64,000 nucleotides of DNA from an uncultured bacterium (GTDB lineage Bacteria > Hydrothermota > UBA3072): the NCBI GenBank assembly GCA_964418485.1, contig CAYQMH010000003.1, positions 9,609 to 73,608 of the forward strand, written 5' to 3'. Of this stretch, positions 28,768 through 37,501 are shown in pieces (position 1 is the stretch's first letter; each line of letters opens with the position of its first letter). The translations under genes were made by a program, and so were the position numbers. The notes under the pieces were generated by a model. It searched no databases, had not been told where the DNA came from, and saw nothing but the letters and a program-made list of their open reading frames with translations.

Positions 28768-29601
28768 TTATTCCTTTTCGGAGAATTTTCTACTCTCGGA
28801 ATAAAGGCCATATTTGAAAGATAACGCATTGGTTGGACATGCTTTAATGCACTGGCCGCACCTGATACAATCCACGGATTCCGGGGCTTTGAAGATTTCT
28901 ACATCCATGGGACACACATTTTGGCAGGCATAACATTCTATACACTTATTATCGTCGACCTGTATCTTGAAAAATGTAAATTTATTGAAGATTCCGTATA
29001 TGGCTCCGAGAGGACACATAAAGCGGCAAAAAGGTCTTTTGATCAGAACCGAGGAAGAAACAAATAATACAACTATTGTCATTTTAACGTAAAATAGAAT
29101 ACCGATAAGAGATTGCAGGTAAGGATCTAAGAGAACCATAGGGATCCCTGCTTCTACTCCTCCTGCCGGGCATATCTTACAGAACCAGGGTTGAGTGGTC
29201 AGGAGAGGGAGAGCCATAGCAAAAACAAACAAAAATAAATATTTGGAATAACTATATTTCTGCGATATGCGGATTTTATAAGTTTTTATTCTATAAAGAA
29301 TTTCCTGAAAAAACCCAAAAGGGCAAATCCATCCACATACCAGCCTTCCTAATGTTATTCCTAAAAGCCCCATGAATCCTAACACGTAAACCGGAAAAGT
29401 TTTGGCTCCGATAAAATTTTGGAAAGACCCGAGTGGGCAGGAAAACCGGGCTAGGGGACATGCGTAACAATTCAATCCCGGAAAGAAAAACCCCTTTAGT
29501 TTTCCCTGATATATGGTTTTGTGGAAATAATTATTTCCCGCGAAAAATGAAGCTATTAATATACTATATCTGGAGACTTTTTTATAGAGCCATGCGAACA
29601 T
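28768..29601 (-). CDS. Membrane 4Fe-4S binding protein (NapH/MauN-like polyferredoxin)
   Basis: NCYACP, CGWICPFG, FCKICPAG, FCRFMCPLG, and two CxxCxxCxxxCP ferredoxin motifs. Confidence 0.9.
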   Translation of the reverse strand: MFAWLYKKVSRYSILIASFFAGNNYFHKTIYQGKLKGFFFPGLNCYACPLARFSCPLGSFQNFIGAKTFPVYVLGFMGLLGITLGRLVCGWICPFGFFQEILYRIKTYKIRISQKYSYSKYLFLFVFAMALPLLTTQPWFCKICPAGGVEAGIPMVLLDPYLQSLIGILFYVKMTIVVLFVSSSVLIKRPFCRFMCPLGAIYGIFNKFTFFKIQVDDNKCIECYACQNVCPMDVEIFKAPESVDCIRCGQCIKACPTNALSFKYGLYSESRKFSEKE

Positions 29602-29602
29602 T

Positions 29603-29752
29603 TCATTCTATACCTATGCAGGAAAAACAGGTGAGTGATCCTCTAAACTCGGTTTCCAATCTTTGTTGGGAGCTAATACCGAAGCCGAATAATCCAAAAA
29701 ATAAAGCAATCGCAATGAGGTAAACAAATAAAAACCTATTATTTTTCTTCAT
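29603..29752 (-). CDS. Small membrane CXXC protein (CD1871A-like, 49 aa), absent from the ORF track
   Basis: Hand translation MKKNNRFLFVYLIAIALFFGLFGFGISSQQRLETEFRGSLTCFSCIGIE*; the C-terminal CxxCIG motif and position between TlpA and a 4Fe-4S gene match this family. Confidence 0.85.
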   Translation of the reverse strand: MKKNNRFLFVYLIAIALFFGLFGFGISSQQRLETEFRGSLTCFSCIGIE

Positions 29753-30290
29753 CTTTAAATAACTCAAGAAAACTTTCCTCAAGCATTTTCCCCAGACGAT
29801 AATTGTACCCGAGTATTGTGTCGGTAAGTTCTCCTTCTTTGTTCATGATAAATGTAGTTGGTACTCCCCTTAATTGATATTTCCTGGCTATTTCTATATC
29901 TGCCAATAAAACGGTATAGTTTATATTATTAAGCTTGCTGAAGGTTTTTATTCTGTCGGGGTTTTTATCTATCCCGATACCCAAAATTACCAGTCCCTTA
30001 TCTTTATATTTCTTATATAATTCCATAAGACCGGCGATTTCTGCTCTGCAGGCAGGGCAGTAAATAGTCCAAAAATTAAGAACGACAACCTGTCCTTTGT
30101 AGTCGGAAAGTGTATGCTCATTACCCTCTACGTCTTCAAACGTAAAATCAGGAGCTTTGATTGAATCCGCGGACTCTATTTTTGTTTCATTATGATTTGT
30201 TTCTGATTTTTTAGAATCCGATGTGCTTTTTGCCTTGCCGCAGCTGGCGGTAAAAAAGCAAATGATTGTTAGAAAGAGTGTTTTATTCAA
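29739..30290 (-). CDS. TlpA-family thiol:disulfide oxidoreductase lipoprotein
   Basis: Lipobox TASC; APDFT, LNFWTIYCPAC, GVPTTFI. Confidence 0.92.
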   Translation of the reverse strand: MNKTLFLTIICFFTASCGKAKSTSDSKKSETNHNETKIESADSIKAPDFTFEDVEGNEHTLSDYKGQVVVLNFWTIYCPACRAEIAGLMELYKKYKDKGLVILGIGIDKNPDRIKTFSKLNNINYTVLLADIEIARKYQLRGVPTTFIMNKEGELTDTILGYNYRLGKMLEESFLELFKDEEK

Positions 30291-30303
30291 TTATTCCTCC
30301 GTC

Positions 30304-30537
30304 TTATTTTATCTTTAAGATATTTCTCAATTTGTTCTCATCAAAACCAACTATTTTATGATTTCCTGTAAGTATAACCGGAACTCCAGTCTGGCCGGTT
30401 TTTTCTTTAAGCTCTTTTGCGGCTTGCGGATATGTTGATATATTTATTTCTTTGAATTTGATGCCGTGTTCTTTTAGAAATCTCTTCGCCCGGGTACAAT
30501 AAGGGCAGCTTGAATTTGTATAAACTTTTATAGTCAT
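30304..30537 (-). CDS. Glutaredoxin-like protein (NrdH/YruB family)
   Basis: CPYC, GQTGVPV, IVGFD. Confidence 0.92.
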   Translation of the reverse strand: MTIKVYTNSSCPYCTRAKRFLKEHGIKFKEINISTYPQAAKELKEKTGQTGVPVILTGNHKIVGFDENKLRNILKIK

Positions 30538-31493
30538 TTTCTTTCTTCGAGAAATCTGTACGCTTCGTATCCGGCGATGGCTCCGTCTCCGACGGAAGTC
30601 GCCACCTGTCGCAGAGGGGTGTTTCTTACATCACCTGCGGCAAAAACTCCGTTCACGGAAGTTCTTAAGTATTCATCTGTAACTATAAAGCCCTTCTCGT
30701 CTAATTTTAGCTTATCCCTAACTAAATCATTGTTTGGGATTTCGCCGGCGTAAATGAAAGCGCCTTTTATTTTAAGGTTTTTAACTTCTCCGCTTTTAAT
30801 GTCTTTGATGTCGACACTGCTCAACATTTTATCTCCTTTAAAACTCATTACCAAATGAGAAGTGAACAAATCTATTTTGTTATTATCATTTAAACGGTCT
30901 ATTAGTATAGGTTCTGCGGTAGGGAATTCGAGTAACTCGACTATCGTTATGTGCTTCGCAAACCTTGAGATATAAAGTGATTCCTGAACTCCGGAATTTC
31001 CTGCTCCCACGACAAGGACATCTTCTCCTTCAAAGAAGGGTGCATCACAGGTTGCACAAAAGGAAATTCCTTTATGAGTGAATTCTTTTTCTCCGGGAAC
31101 CGCCAACTTTCTATTGGAAGTTCCTGTCGCCAAAATAAGGCTGTCCGAAGTATAAGAACTCCGGGATGTTTCTATTTTAAAAGGCGTTTCGTTTAGTTCT
31201 AATTTCGTAACTTCCTCGCTTTTGATCTCTGAGCCGAATTTCTCAGCATGCTCGGCATACAGTTTTCCCAGTTTTTCTCCGGATATACCTTCTACAAAGC
31301 CCGGATAATTTTCTATTTTTTCGACGTTAACGACATATCCGCCGGGAATAACTTTTTCAAACACCACAGTTTCGACTTTAGATCTTCCAAGGTAAATAGC
31401 TGCTGTTAACCCGGCCGGACCACTGCCTATTATAGCCGCCTGGAAATGTTTTCTGACCGTGTTCTTTTCTTTTTTTTGGATAGAAAAATCCAT
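30534..31493 (-). CDS. trxB: Thioredoxin-disulfide reductase
   Basis: IGSGPAGLTAA, ISFCATCD, GAGNSG, GVFAAGD. Confidence 0.95.
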   Translation of the reverse strand: MDFSIQKKEKNTVRKHFQAAIIGSGPAGLTAAIYLGRSKVETVVFEKVIPGGYVVNVEKIENYPGFVEGISGEKLGKLYAEHAEKFGSEIKSEEVTKLELNETPFKIETSRSSYTSDSLILATGTSNRKLAVPGEKEFTHKGISFCATCDAPFFEGEDVLVVGAGNSGVQESLYISRFAKHITIVELLEFPTAEPILIDRLNDNNKIDLFTSHLVMSFKGDKMLSSVDIKDIKSGEVKNLKIKGAFIYAGEIPNNDLVRDKLKLDEKGFIVTDEYLRTSVNGVFAAGDVRNTPLRQVATSVGDGAIAGYEAYRFLEERK

Positions 31494-32138
31494 TTATTTT
31501 AAAGCTTCCTTTATTTTATCGAGAAATAAATCAGGAGGGAGGTTTCCAACAAAACCCTTTTTATCGTTAACTATGATATGGGGTACGCTTGAAATACCGT
31601 GTTTTCTCGAAAGTTCTCCGAAGTAATTGGCGTCGACCATAGAACTTTTGATTTTATCGTTTACAAGAGAAAATTGATGTGCGTTTCTAACCGCACCCGG
31701 GCAGTATGGACAACCATGTGTAATAAAAACTTTTATATCCAGTGGTTCTTTTATTTCTTTTAAACTTTTTATTACGTCTTCTGGTAGAGAAAGATTATCC
31801 GATCCCATATCCTTTATTGCTTCCACCAGAGAAATAAATTCATGCCCTGCGGGAACACCGTAGAAATTTAGAAAGCCGCTTCTGTCGGATTTAATTTTGA
31901 TTGAGGGGCAAAGGGTTAACTCTTCGGATTTTATTTTCTCCGTATTATCGCAACTTTCGACAATCAGAGATAAATTATCATTTAGAGATGTAAGTTCTTC
32001 TAACAGTTCCTTTGTTTGCTTTGAATATTCCGATCCATTTTTATCGTTTCTAAAATAGAGTAGTTTCACTTCTCTGTTGATATTATTGTTAAACTCTTCT
32101 TTTAAATATTTCCTATCTTCTTCACTTAATAAACCCAT
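31494..32138 (-). CDS. Two-fold protein disulfide oxidoreductase (AhpF-N / archaeal PDO-like)
   Basis: Tandem thioredoxin folds; FYGVPAGHEF; C-terminal CPYCP and SSVP; the N-terminal site reads SEYS. Confidence 0.88.
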   Translation of the reverse strand: MGLLSEEDRKYLKEEFNNNINREVKLLYFRNDKNGSEYSKQTKELLEELTSLNDNLSLIVESCDNTEKIKSEELTLCPSIKIKSDRSGFLNFYGVPAGHEFISLVEAIKDMGSDNLSLPEDVIKSLKEIKEPLDIKVFITHGCPYCPGAVRNAHQFSLVNDKIKSSMVDANYFGELSRKHGISSVPHIIVNDKKGFVGNLPPDLFLDKIKEALK

Positions 32139-32202
32139 TTTGCCTCCTGTTTAACGAACAGTATACATATTGAATTAAATGTCAAGAGGTTACAAGATAA
32201 TC

Positions 32203-32301
32203 ACCGCAAAGGCGCAAAGTACGCAGAGAAAAAAATATTGTTTTACAACGCCACCCCCAGCCGCAAATCATTCTCACACAAAGTACACTAAGAACACAAA
32301 G
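32203..32301. repeat. Tandem heptamer half-site clusters (CGCAAAG x3, CACAAAG x3)
   Basis: ACCGCAAAGGCGCAAAGTACGCAGAG and CACAAAGTACACTAAGAACACAAAG. Confidence 0.65.
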
Positions 32302-32443
32302 TTTTTATTTCGCTTTGAATATTTACCGATTTGATTCATATAAGGAGGGGAGTATCCCTGCCCTGTAGAAAAGAAAACAGTTAAGAAAAGCATGAATAAA
32401 AGTTTGAGATGACTATATGAAACTTAAGACACGTTGTCTTACG

Positions 32444-33253
32444 TTATTCATTTTTGCTGATTTTATCTACAATTTTCTTCAGAGCTTTTGTCGCTTTAGA
32501 ATTCGGGAATTTCTCTACGTATGATATTCCTTTATCAGCTGCCTCAACTATTTGCGGATCCAGAGGTATAGCTCCTAAGAAAGGAATTTTCATATCTACG
32601 CTAAGTTTCTCCCCGCCTCCTTCTTTAAAAAGGGAAATTTCTTTTCCGCAGTGCGGGCATGTAAACCCGCTCATATTTTCTATAATGCCCAGTAATCTTA
32701 AATTGATTTTTCTGGCGAAATCTATTGATTTTTTTACATCGAGAATAGAAATTTCCTGAGGGGTTGTCACTATAATTGCACTACTCTCGGGTACCAGCTG
32801 TGCCATAGAAAGAGGTTCATCGCCTGTGCCCGGAGGAGCATCCACAATCAAGTAATCAAGTTTACCCCACTGTATATCACTTAAAAATTGTTGAATTATT
32901 TTCATCTTTAAAGGCCCTCTCCATATTACCGACTGATGTTCCTCGGGAAGCAAAAATGCCATGGATACAAGTTTCAGGTTGTCGGATATTCTGACAGGTT
33001 TGATGCGGTTTTCCTCATCACTTTGCATCCTTTCTTTTTCTACACCCAGCATCTTGGGCAGGTTAGGACCGTGAATATCAATGTCCAGAAGCCCGATTTT
33101 TTTACCCTTCCCCGCCAAAACGAGGGCAAGGTTACTGGCAACTGTACTTTTACCAACTCCCCCTTTACCGCTTATTACCATTACAATGTTATTTACGTCT
33201 TTCAAATTTTCTATTATGGCTTCAATTTGATTGTCTGCGCCGATATTTTGCAT
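32444..33253 (-). CDS. Mrp/NBP35 (ApbC) Fe-S cluster carrier ATPase
   Basis: SGKGGVGKS, DIDIHGP, IWRGP, DAPPGTGDE, ENMSGFTCPHC. Confidence 0.95.
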   Translation of the reverse strand: MQNIGADNQIEAIIENLKDVNNIVMVISGKGGVGKSTVASNLALVLAGKGKKIGLLDIDIHGPNLPKMLGVEKERMQSDEENRIKPVRISDNLKLVSMAFLLPEEHQSVIWRGPLKMKIIQQFLSDIQWGKLDYLIVDAPPGTGDEPLSMAQLVPESSAIIVTTPQEISILDVKKSIDFARKINLRLLGIIENMSGFTCPHCGKEISLFKEGGGEKLSVDMKIPFLGAIPLDPQIVEAADKGISYVEKFPNSKATKALKKIVDKISKNE

Positions 33254-33448
33254 TTAAACTCCTTTTACTTGACCATAAACTTTACAATTGCTTTTGTCAA
33301 GTATTTGTGTTGACTTGTAGAAGCTTTTTTATGGACAGGTGTATTTAAATAATTTGGAATATAAAAAAACAGAAAAACGGAAGAGGAGCGGGTCCCCTTG
33401 ACAGAATTTAATTATTAATTATTCTTACAACATACATAAGGAGGCTAG

Positions 33449-33958
33449 ATGAACCGAGTTACTTTAAGAATTCTTGATGTACTTATAATTATTGCCTTTG
33501 TGGGGTTATTATATATTTTGATTGAACCGCAGTATCGGAATGCAAAAGTAATGACGAAAGAACGAAAATTACAGTCAAATATGTATACGGTTAAAGCGGG
33601 TATAGAAAGGTACAGAACTTTTAATATGGGAGAGATACCATTTTCTTTGGATAAGATATATGAACAAGTTGAAGCGTTTGGAGTGCCTGTGAATCCTTAC
33701 ACGGAGAGCAGGATGAAATCATATGAGATAAAAAAATTCCTTTACGATGTACCGTCTCAGATCGAAAATGTTGATACAAGCGGTTATCATGCGGAGAAGA
33801 GGGGGAATCCCGGGGAGATAATGATTGGATTCTTTATACCTATTACTTTGAAAGATTCAATACCCAGAAATTACGGGATAATAGGAATTAACGGAGAAGG
33901 TAAACCCCTTACTGTAAAAGAAGGAGAAAAGGTTAGAATAGTAGTACTTGAAGAATAG
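33449..33958 (+). CDS. Pilin / type II secretion G-like protein with a non-canonical N-terminus
   Basis: Hydrophobic N-terminal helix followed by KLQSNMYTVKAGIERY...NMGEIP and VNPYT, but no G|FTLIE motif. Confidence 0.5.
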   Translation: MNRVTLRILDVLIIIAFVGLLYILIEPQYRNAKVMTKERKLQSNMYTVKAGIERYRTFNMGEIPFSLDKIYEQVEAFGVPVNPYTESRMKSYEIKKFLYDVPSQIENVDTSGYHAEKRGNPGEIMIGFFIPITLKDSIPRNYGIIGINGEGKPLTVKEGEKVRIVVLEE

Positions 33959-33969
33959 TGTAGAAGTTT

Positions 33970-34848
33970 TTGGAACTTTTAAAACCTGAAGTCTTAGAAA
34001 AGATCCGAACCCTGAACCTCAGGGCAAAAATAATTGTCAAAGGTTTTTTAACAGGTTTACATGAAAGTCCTTATCACGGTTTTTCACTCGAGTTCAAGCA
34101 ACATCGTCCTTATTATCCGGGAGACCCTGTTAATAAAATTAATTGGAAATTATATGCGAGAACCGAGCGATATTATTTGAAGAAATACCAGGCAGAGACA
34201 AATTTATCCGCGTTCCTGCTGTTAGACAAAAGTAATTCCATGAAGTTCGGAGGGAAGATTTCCAAATTTCATTACGCCCGAACACTTGCCGCATCGCTTG
34301 CCTATTTGCTGCTTCGGCAGAATGATTCGGTAGGGTTGGTTCTCTTTGATTCCGAAATAGAGTCTTTTATACCGGCAAGAAGTCAAATGAATCATCTGAA
34401 ATATTTACTCGGCACACTGAGTAAAAATGAGCCGTCGGGTAAAACTTCTATTTCTGACGCACTCTTTGAACTACTTCCCTTAATAAAAAAAAGAAGTCTT
34501 TGCATCCTGTTTTCCGATTTGCTGGAAGAACCGGAACGAGTAATTAAGATAATAAACGTTATGAAGGCAAAAAAGCACGAAGTTATTGTTTTTCATATTC
34601 TCGACAGAAAAGAACTGGATTTTTCGTTTTATGACGAGGCTCTGTTCAGGGATATGGAGGATTCCAAAACCGTTCTTGTCGACCCTAAAAGCCTTAAAAG
34701 TTATTATAAAGATAAATTCAATGAATTTATCTCAAGGTATAAAAATGGTTTTGCTGCTAATCGCATTGATTGTTTTCAGTTATTTACAGATATTCCTTAC
34801 GATAAAGCGCTTACAGAGTACCTTGAAAAAAGAAAACGACTATCATGA
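33970..34848 (+). CDS. DUF58 / vWA protein (MoxR-associated type)
   Basis: GLHESPYHGFSLEFKQHRPYYPGD, DKSNSM, LFSDLL. Confidence 0.92.
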   Translation: MELLKPEVLEKIRTLNLRAKIIVKGFLTGLHESPYHGFSLEFKQHRPYYPGDPVNKINWKLYARTERYYLKKYQAETNLSAFLLLDKSNSMKFGGKISKFHYARTLAASLAYLLLRQNDSVGLVLFDSEIESFIPARSQMNHLKYLLGTLSKNEPSGKTSISDALFELLPLIKKRSLCILFSDLLEEPERVIKIINVMKAKKHEVIVFHILDRKELDFSFYDEALFRDMEDSKTVLVDPKSLKSYYKDKFNEFISRYKNGFAANRIDCFQLFTDIPYDKALTEYLEKRKRLS

Positions 34849-36455
34849 GTTTTCCTGCTTTCCTTTTTCTACTTCCTCTTGTTACGGTTCCCATAATAAT
34901 ACACTTAATGTCGAGAAAAAAGCTTAAGAAAATAGACTTTCCGTCTCTACTTTTTATAATAAAGAGTGAAATAAAAATTATCAGGTGGTTTCGTCTTAAA
35001 AGATTGTTGTTGCTAATAATGCGCGTCAGTTTTATAATATTACTGATTTTGGCCGCCGCAGGTCTTAAAATACCTTTTGTTTTCGTAACCCCCTCTGAAA
35101 CTCTGATTCTCGATAAATCTCCTTCAATGGAGAAAATCCTTACTGAAGATGATAATACTTTCATTGTTCCTACAAATTCGGGTATTCCTGAATTCATGCA
35201 ATATCTAAAGAATTATCCAGGTGGAATTTTAATTACCGATGCTCAAAGAAATGGTTTCAGAGAGATACTAAAAGAGAGAGAAAAATTCCCTGGAATTAAT
35301 ATTAGGAAGGTTGCTTTTCCAGCCGGGAATCTCGGGATAGTCGGCGCTTCCTCAAGTCCAGGTTACGGGGATGAGAAATTTAACGTAAACTTCAAGATTC
35401 TGAATGAATATAAAGAGAAGAAAAACCCCCGTTTGGTATTAAAAATAGAGGGTAAGATTATCCGGGAAGAAAATGTGATCTTAAACATTGGAGAAAACGT
35501 GGTGTCTTTCGATCTAATCTTGCCGAAGAGTCTATATCAGCTATCTCTCGAGTTGGAAGACGAAGAGGGATTCGGATTTGACAATAAATTTTATTTTATA
35601 GTTAACGTACAAAAAAAGAAAGATATTTGTATTCTTTCGGATGTTTATCCCGAGCATCTTATGTCAGCTCTTTCACCTTCTTATTTTGATGTGAAATGGG
35701 TCAAGGAGATAGCTGATGTAAAAGGGGATTTTTTCTTTGCATGCAGCGCGAGTGGAAAAAATGAGTTAGCTTTACTCCAGAGTGCTGTTCCCGGTATTTT
35801 TTGCCTGCAAGGAAGAACTAATACTTCTATTTCCAATAAAATTCCAGATAGAATTTCAACTATTGCGGAGGGATCTTATTTTGACGATTCATCACTTCTG
35901 AAAAATTTGAGTGAATTTCCTGTAAAATATAATTGCCTAATAGTCGAAGGTAAAACGCTGATGTATTTTGAGAACGGTGATCCATTTCTTTCTAAAATAA
36001 AAAACCATCTAATATTGCCGATTTCCCTTGAGGAAAATGATTTATCTCTGCATCCTGTTTTTGTGCCTTTTCTTTTTCTTATGATTAGTTCTTTATCCGA
36101 GGAGATAACCCACGGCAATATTTTATTGGATGAGCCAATATTTATAGAAAACTTAACTCAGCCCCAAGTCATTACCCCGGGGAAAGATGAGTATAAACCG
36201 TATCGAGTTGGAAAGAATTATTATATATTTAAAGAAACAAAAGAATGCGGAGTTTATAAAATAAGGGACGGAAAAGAAATCATAGGATTGGTAGCTGTAA
36301 ACACTCCTCCATCAGAGTCGAGACTCGAAAGCCTCTCACCGGAGGAGATCGAATATATTTTCGGCAAGGCGGGTTTCAGCAACGGATCCACTTCTTTTAT
36401 TGTTATTGCTCTTTTATGTTTTATTTTTTCCCTTTTTCTTGAAAGAAAGATGTAA
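34845..36455 (+). CDS. BatA-domain (aerotolerance regulator N-terminal) membrane protein
   Basis: LPLVTVPIIIHLM...FPSLLFI...LLLLIMR N-terminus; LHPVFVPFL; C-terminal TM; ATGA-coupled to DUF58. Confidence 0.85.
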   Translation: MSFPAFLFLLPLVTVPIIIHLMSRKKLKKIDFPSLLFIIKSEIKIIRWFRLKRLLLLIMRVSFIILLILAAAGLKIPFVFVTPSETLILDKSPSMEKILTEDDNTFIVPTNSGIPEFMQYLKNYPGGILITDAQRNGFREILKEREKFPGINIRKVAFPAGNLGIVGASSSPGYGDEKFNVNFKILNEYKEKKNPRLVLKIEGKIIREENVILNIGENVVSFDLILPKSLYQLSLELEDEEGFGFDNKFYFIVNVQKKKDICILSDVYPEHLMSALSPSYFDVKWVKEIADVKGDFFFACSASGKNELALLQSAVPGIFCLQGRTNTSISNKIPDRISTIAEGSYFDDSSLLKNLSEFPVKYNCLIVEGKTLMYFENGDPFLSKIKNHLILPISLEENDLSLHPVFVPFLFLMISSLSEEITHGNILLDEPIFIENLTQPQVITPGKDEYKPYRVGKNYYIFKETKECGVYKIRDGKEIIGLVAVNTPPSESRLESLSPEEIEYIFGKAGFSNGSTSFIVIALLCFIFSLFLERKM

Positions 36456-36479
36456 GATATATTATCTCTGGGAAGATTT

Positions 36480-37256
36480 TTATTTAAGTGTTTCTTTTGT
36501 TCCCAAATTTCGAGAATCCAGTAATGAATAAATTTCTTTTTCGATTTCTTCTTGAATTAAGCTTTCTAAGCTGCCGTTTTCTTTATTTTTCTCATCTTTG
36601 ATGCGAGCACTTTCTAAAAGCAGGTAATGTAAAGGAGTGTCTATGGTTTTCTCGGGCTTTCTACATTTAGCCAGGATATCAATCTCAGCTTTTTCTAACG
36701 ATAAAATTTCTAACGCTGCTTCTTTACCGGTTTTATTTGTAGTTTTCGCACCAATTAGGGAACCTTCCATAAAATATAAAAAGCCTTTGGTTCCTTCATA
36801 TTCGATTTCTAAGGTGCAGGTTTTAGACTCTATCTGGATTAGTTGTAAAAAAGACGGTAGAGAAAATCCTCTAATATGTCCTTCAGTTTCGGATTTAAGT
36901 CCTTCTAAAATCTTTTCTTCGAGTTCTTTTATATCAAAAGGTTTTTCAAGATAAAGGAAAGCTTTAAATCTCTTAAGTCGTTCTTCCATTTGCGGTGTGC
37001 CGAAAGAAGTCATAACGATTACCGGAATCCCCGGATGGTTTTTGCTCATGTAAGCTAATAACTCAAGCCCGTCCATTACTGGCATACCTATATCCGTTAC
37101 AACCAAATCTATTTCATTGGAGTCCAATACTCCCGTTGCCTCTTTTCCGTTTTCTGCGATACAGATGTTAATCTCTCCACTATACCGATTAGTTAAATAA
37201 GACTTTATTGACTCCAACGTTGGCTTGAAATCATCTACAATTAATACTTCTTTCAT
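36480..37256 (-). CDS. Response regulator with DUF4388 (PatA-N) output domain
   Basis: VLIVDD, TDIGMPVMDG, KPF; FSLPSFLQLIQIESKTCTL...GFLYFMEGSL. Probable start ATG 37256. Confidence 0.9.
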   Translation of the reverse strand: MKEVLIVDDFKPTLESIKSYLTNRYSGEINICIAENGKEATGVLDSNEIDLVVTDIGMPVMDGLELLAYMSKNHPGIPVIVMTSFGTPQMEERLKRFKAFLYLEKPFDIKELEEKILEGLKSETEGHIRGFSLPSFLQLIQIESKTCTLEIEYEGTKGFLYFMEGSLIGAKTTNKTGKEAALEILSLEKAEIDILAKCRKPEKTIDTPLHYLLLESARIKDEKNKENGSLESLIQEEIEKEIYSLLDSRNLGTKETLK

Positions 37257-37501
37257 CGTTAAATCATAGTACAAAAAATATTCCATAATTAAGAACTTGA
37301 ACTCCAAGCACATAAATTCAAAATTTGTCAAATTTGCGTAAATCTTTTATTGCCTTAGTACAGTAAATTTTACGTATGGTTTTTAATAGAATCTGTTTAA
37401 GTATGGGGTTTTGATGGTTTAGTTTAACTTGTTAGTTTTTTTTGTGATATAAGGGAATTTTTTTTGTTGCATTAACATGGGTTTTTGTTAAATTGGGTGG
37501 T

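Noticed and set aside
29690-29705. Apparent frameshift in the small CXXC gene at a poly-A tract
   Set aside because: Recounting gives six A residues and the frame is continuous from ATG 29752 to TGA 29603.
29739-32138. Selenocysteine recoding in the redox genes
   Set aside because: All active-site codons are Cys or Ser; no in-frame TGA.
32320-32443. Possible small RNA starting AAGGAGGGGAGTATCCCTGCCCTG
   Set aside because: Only a 4-5-bp stem, with no terminator or recognisable family motif.
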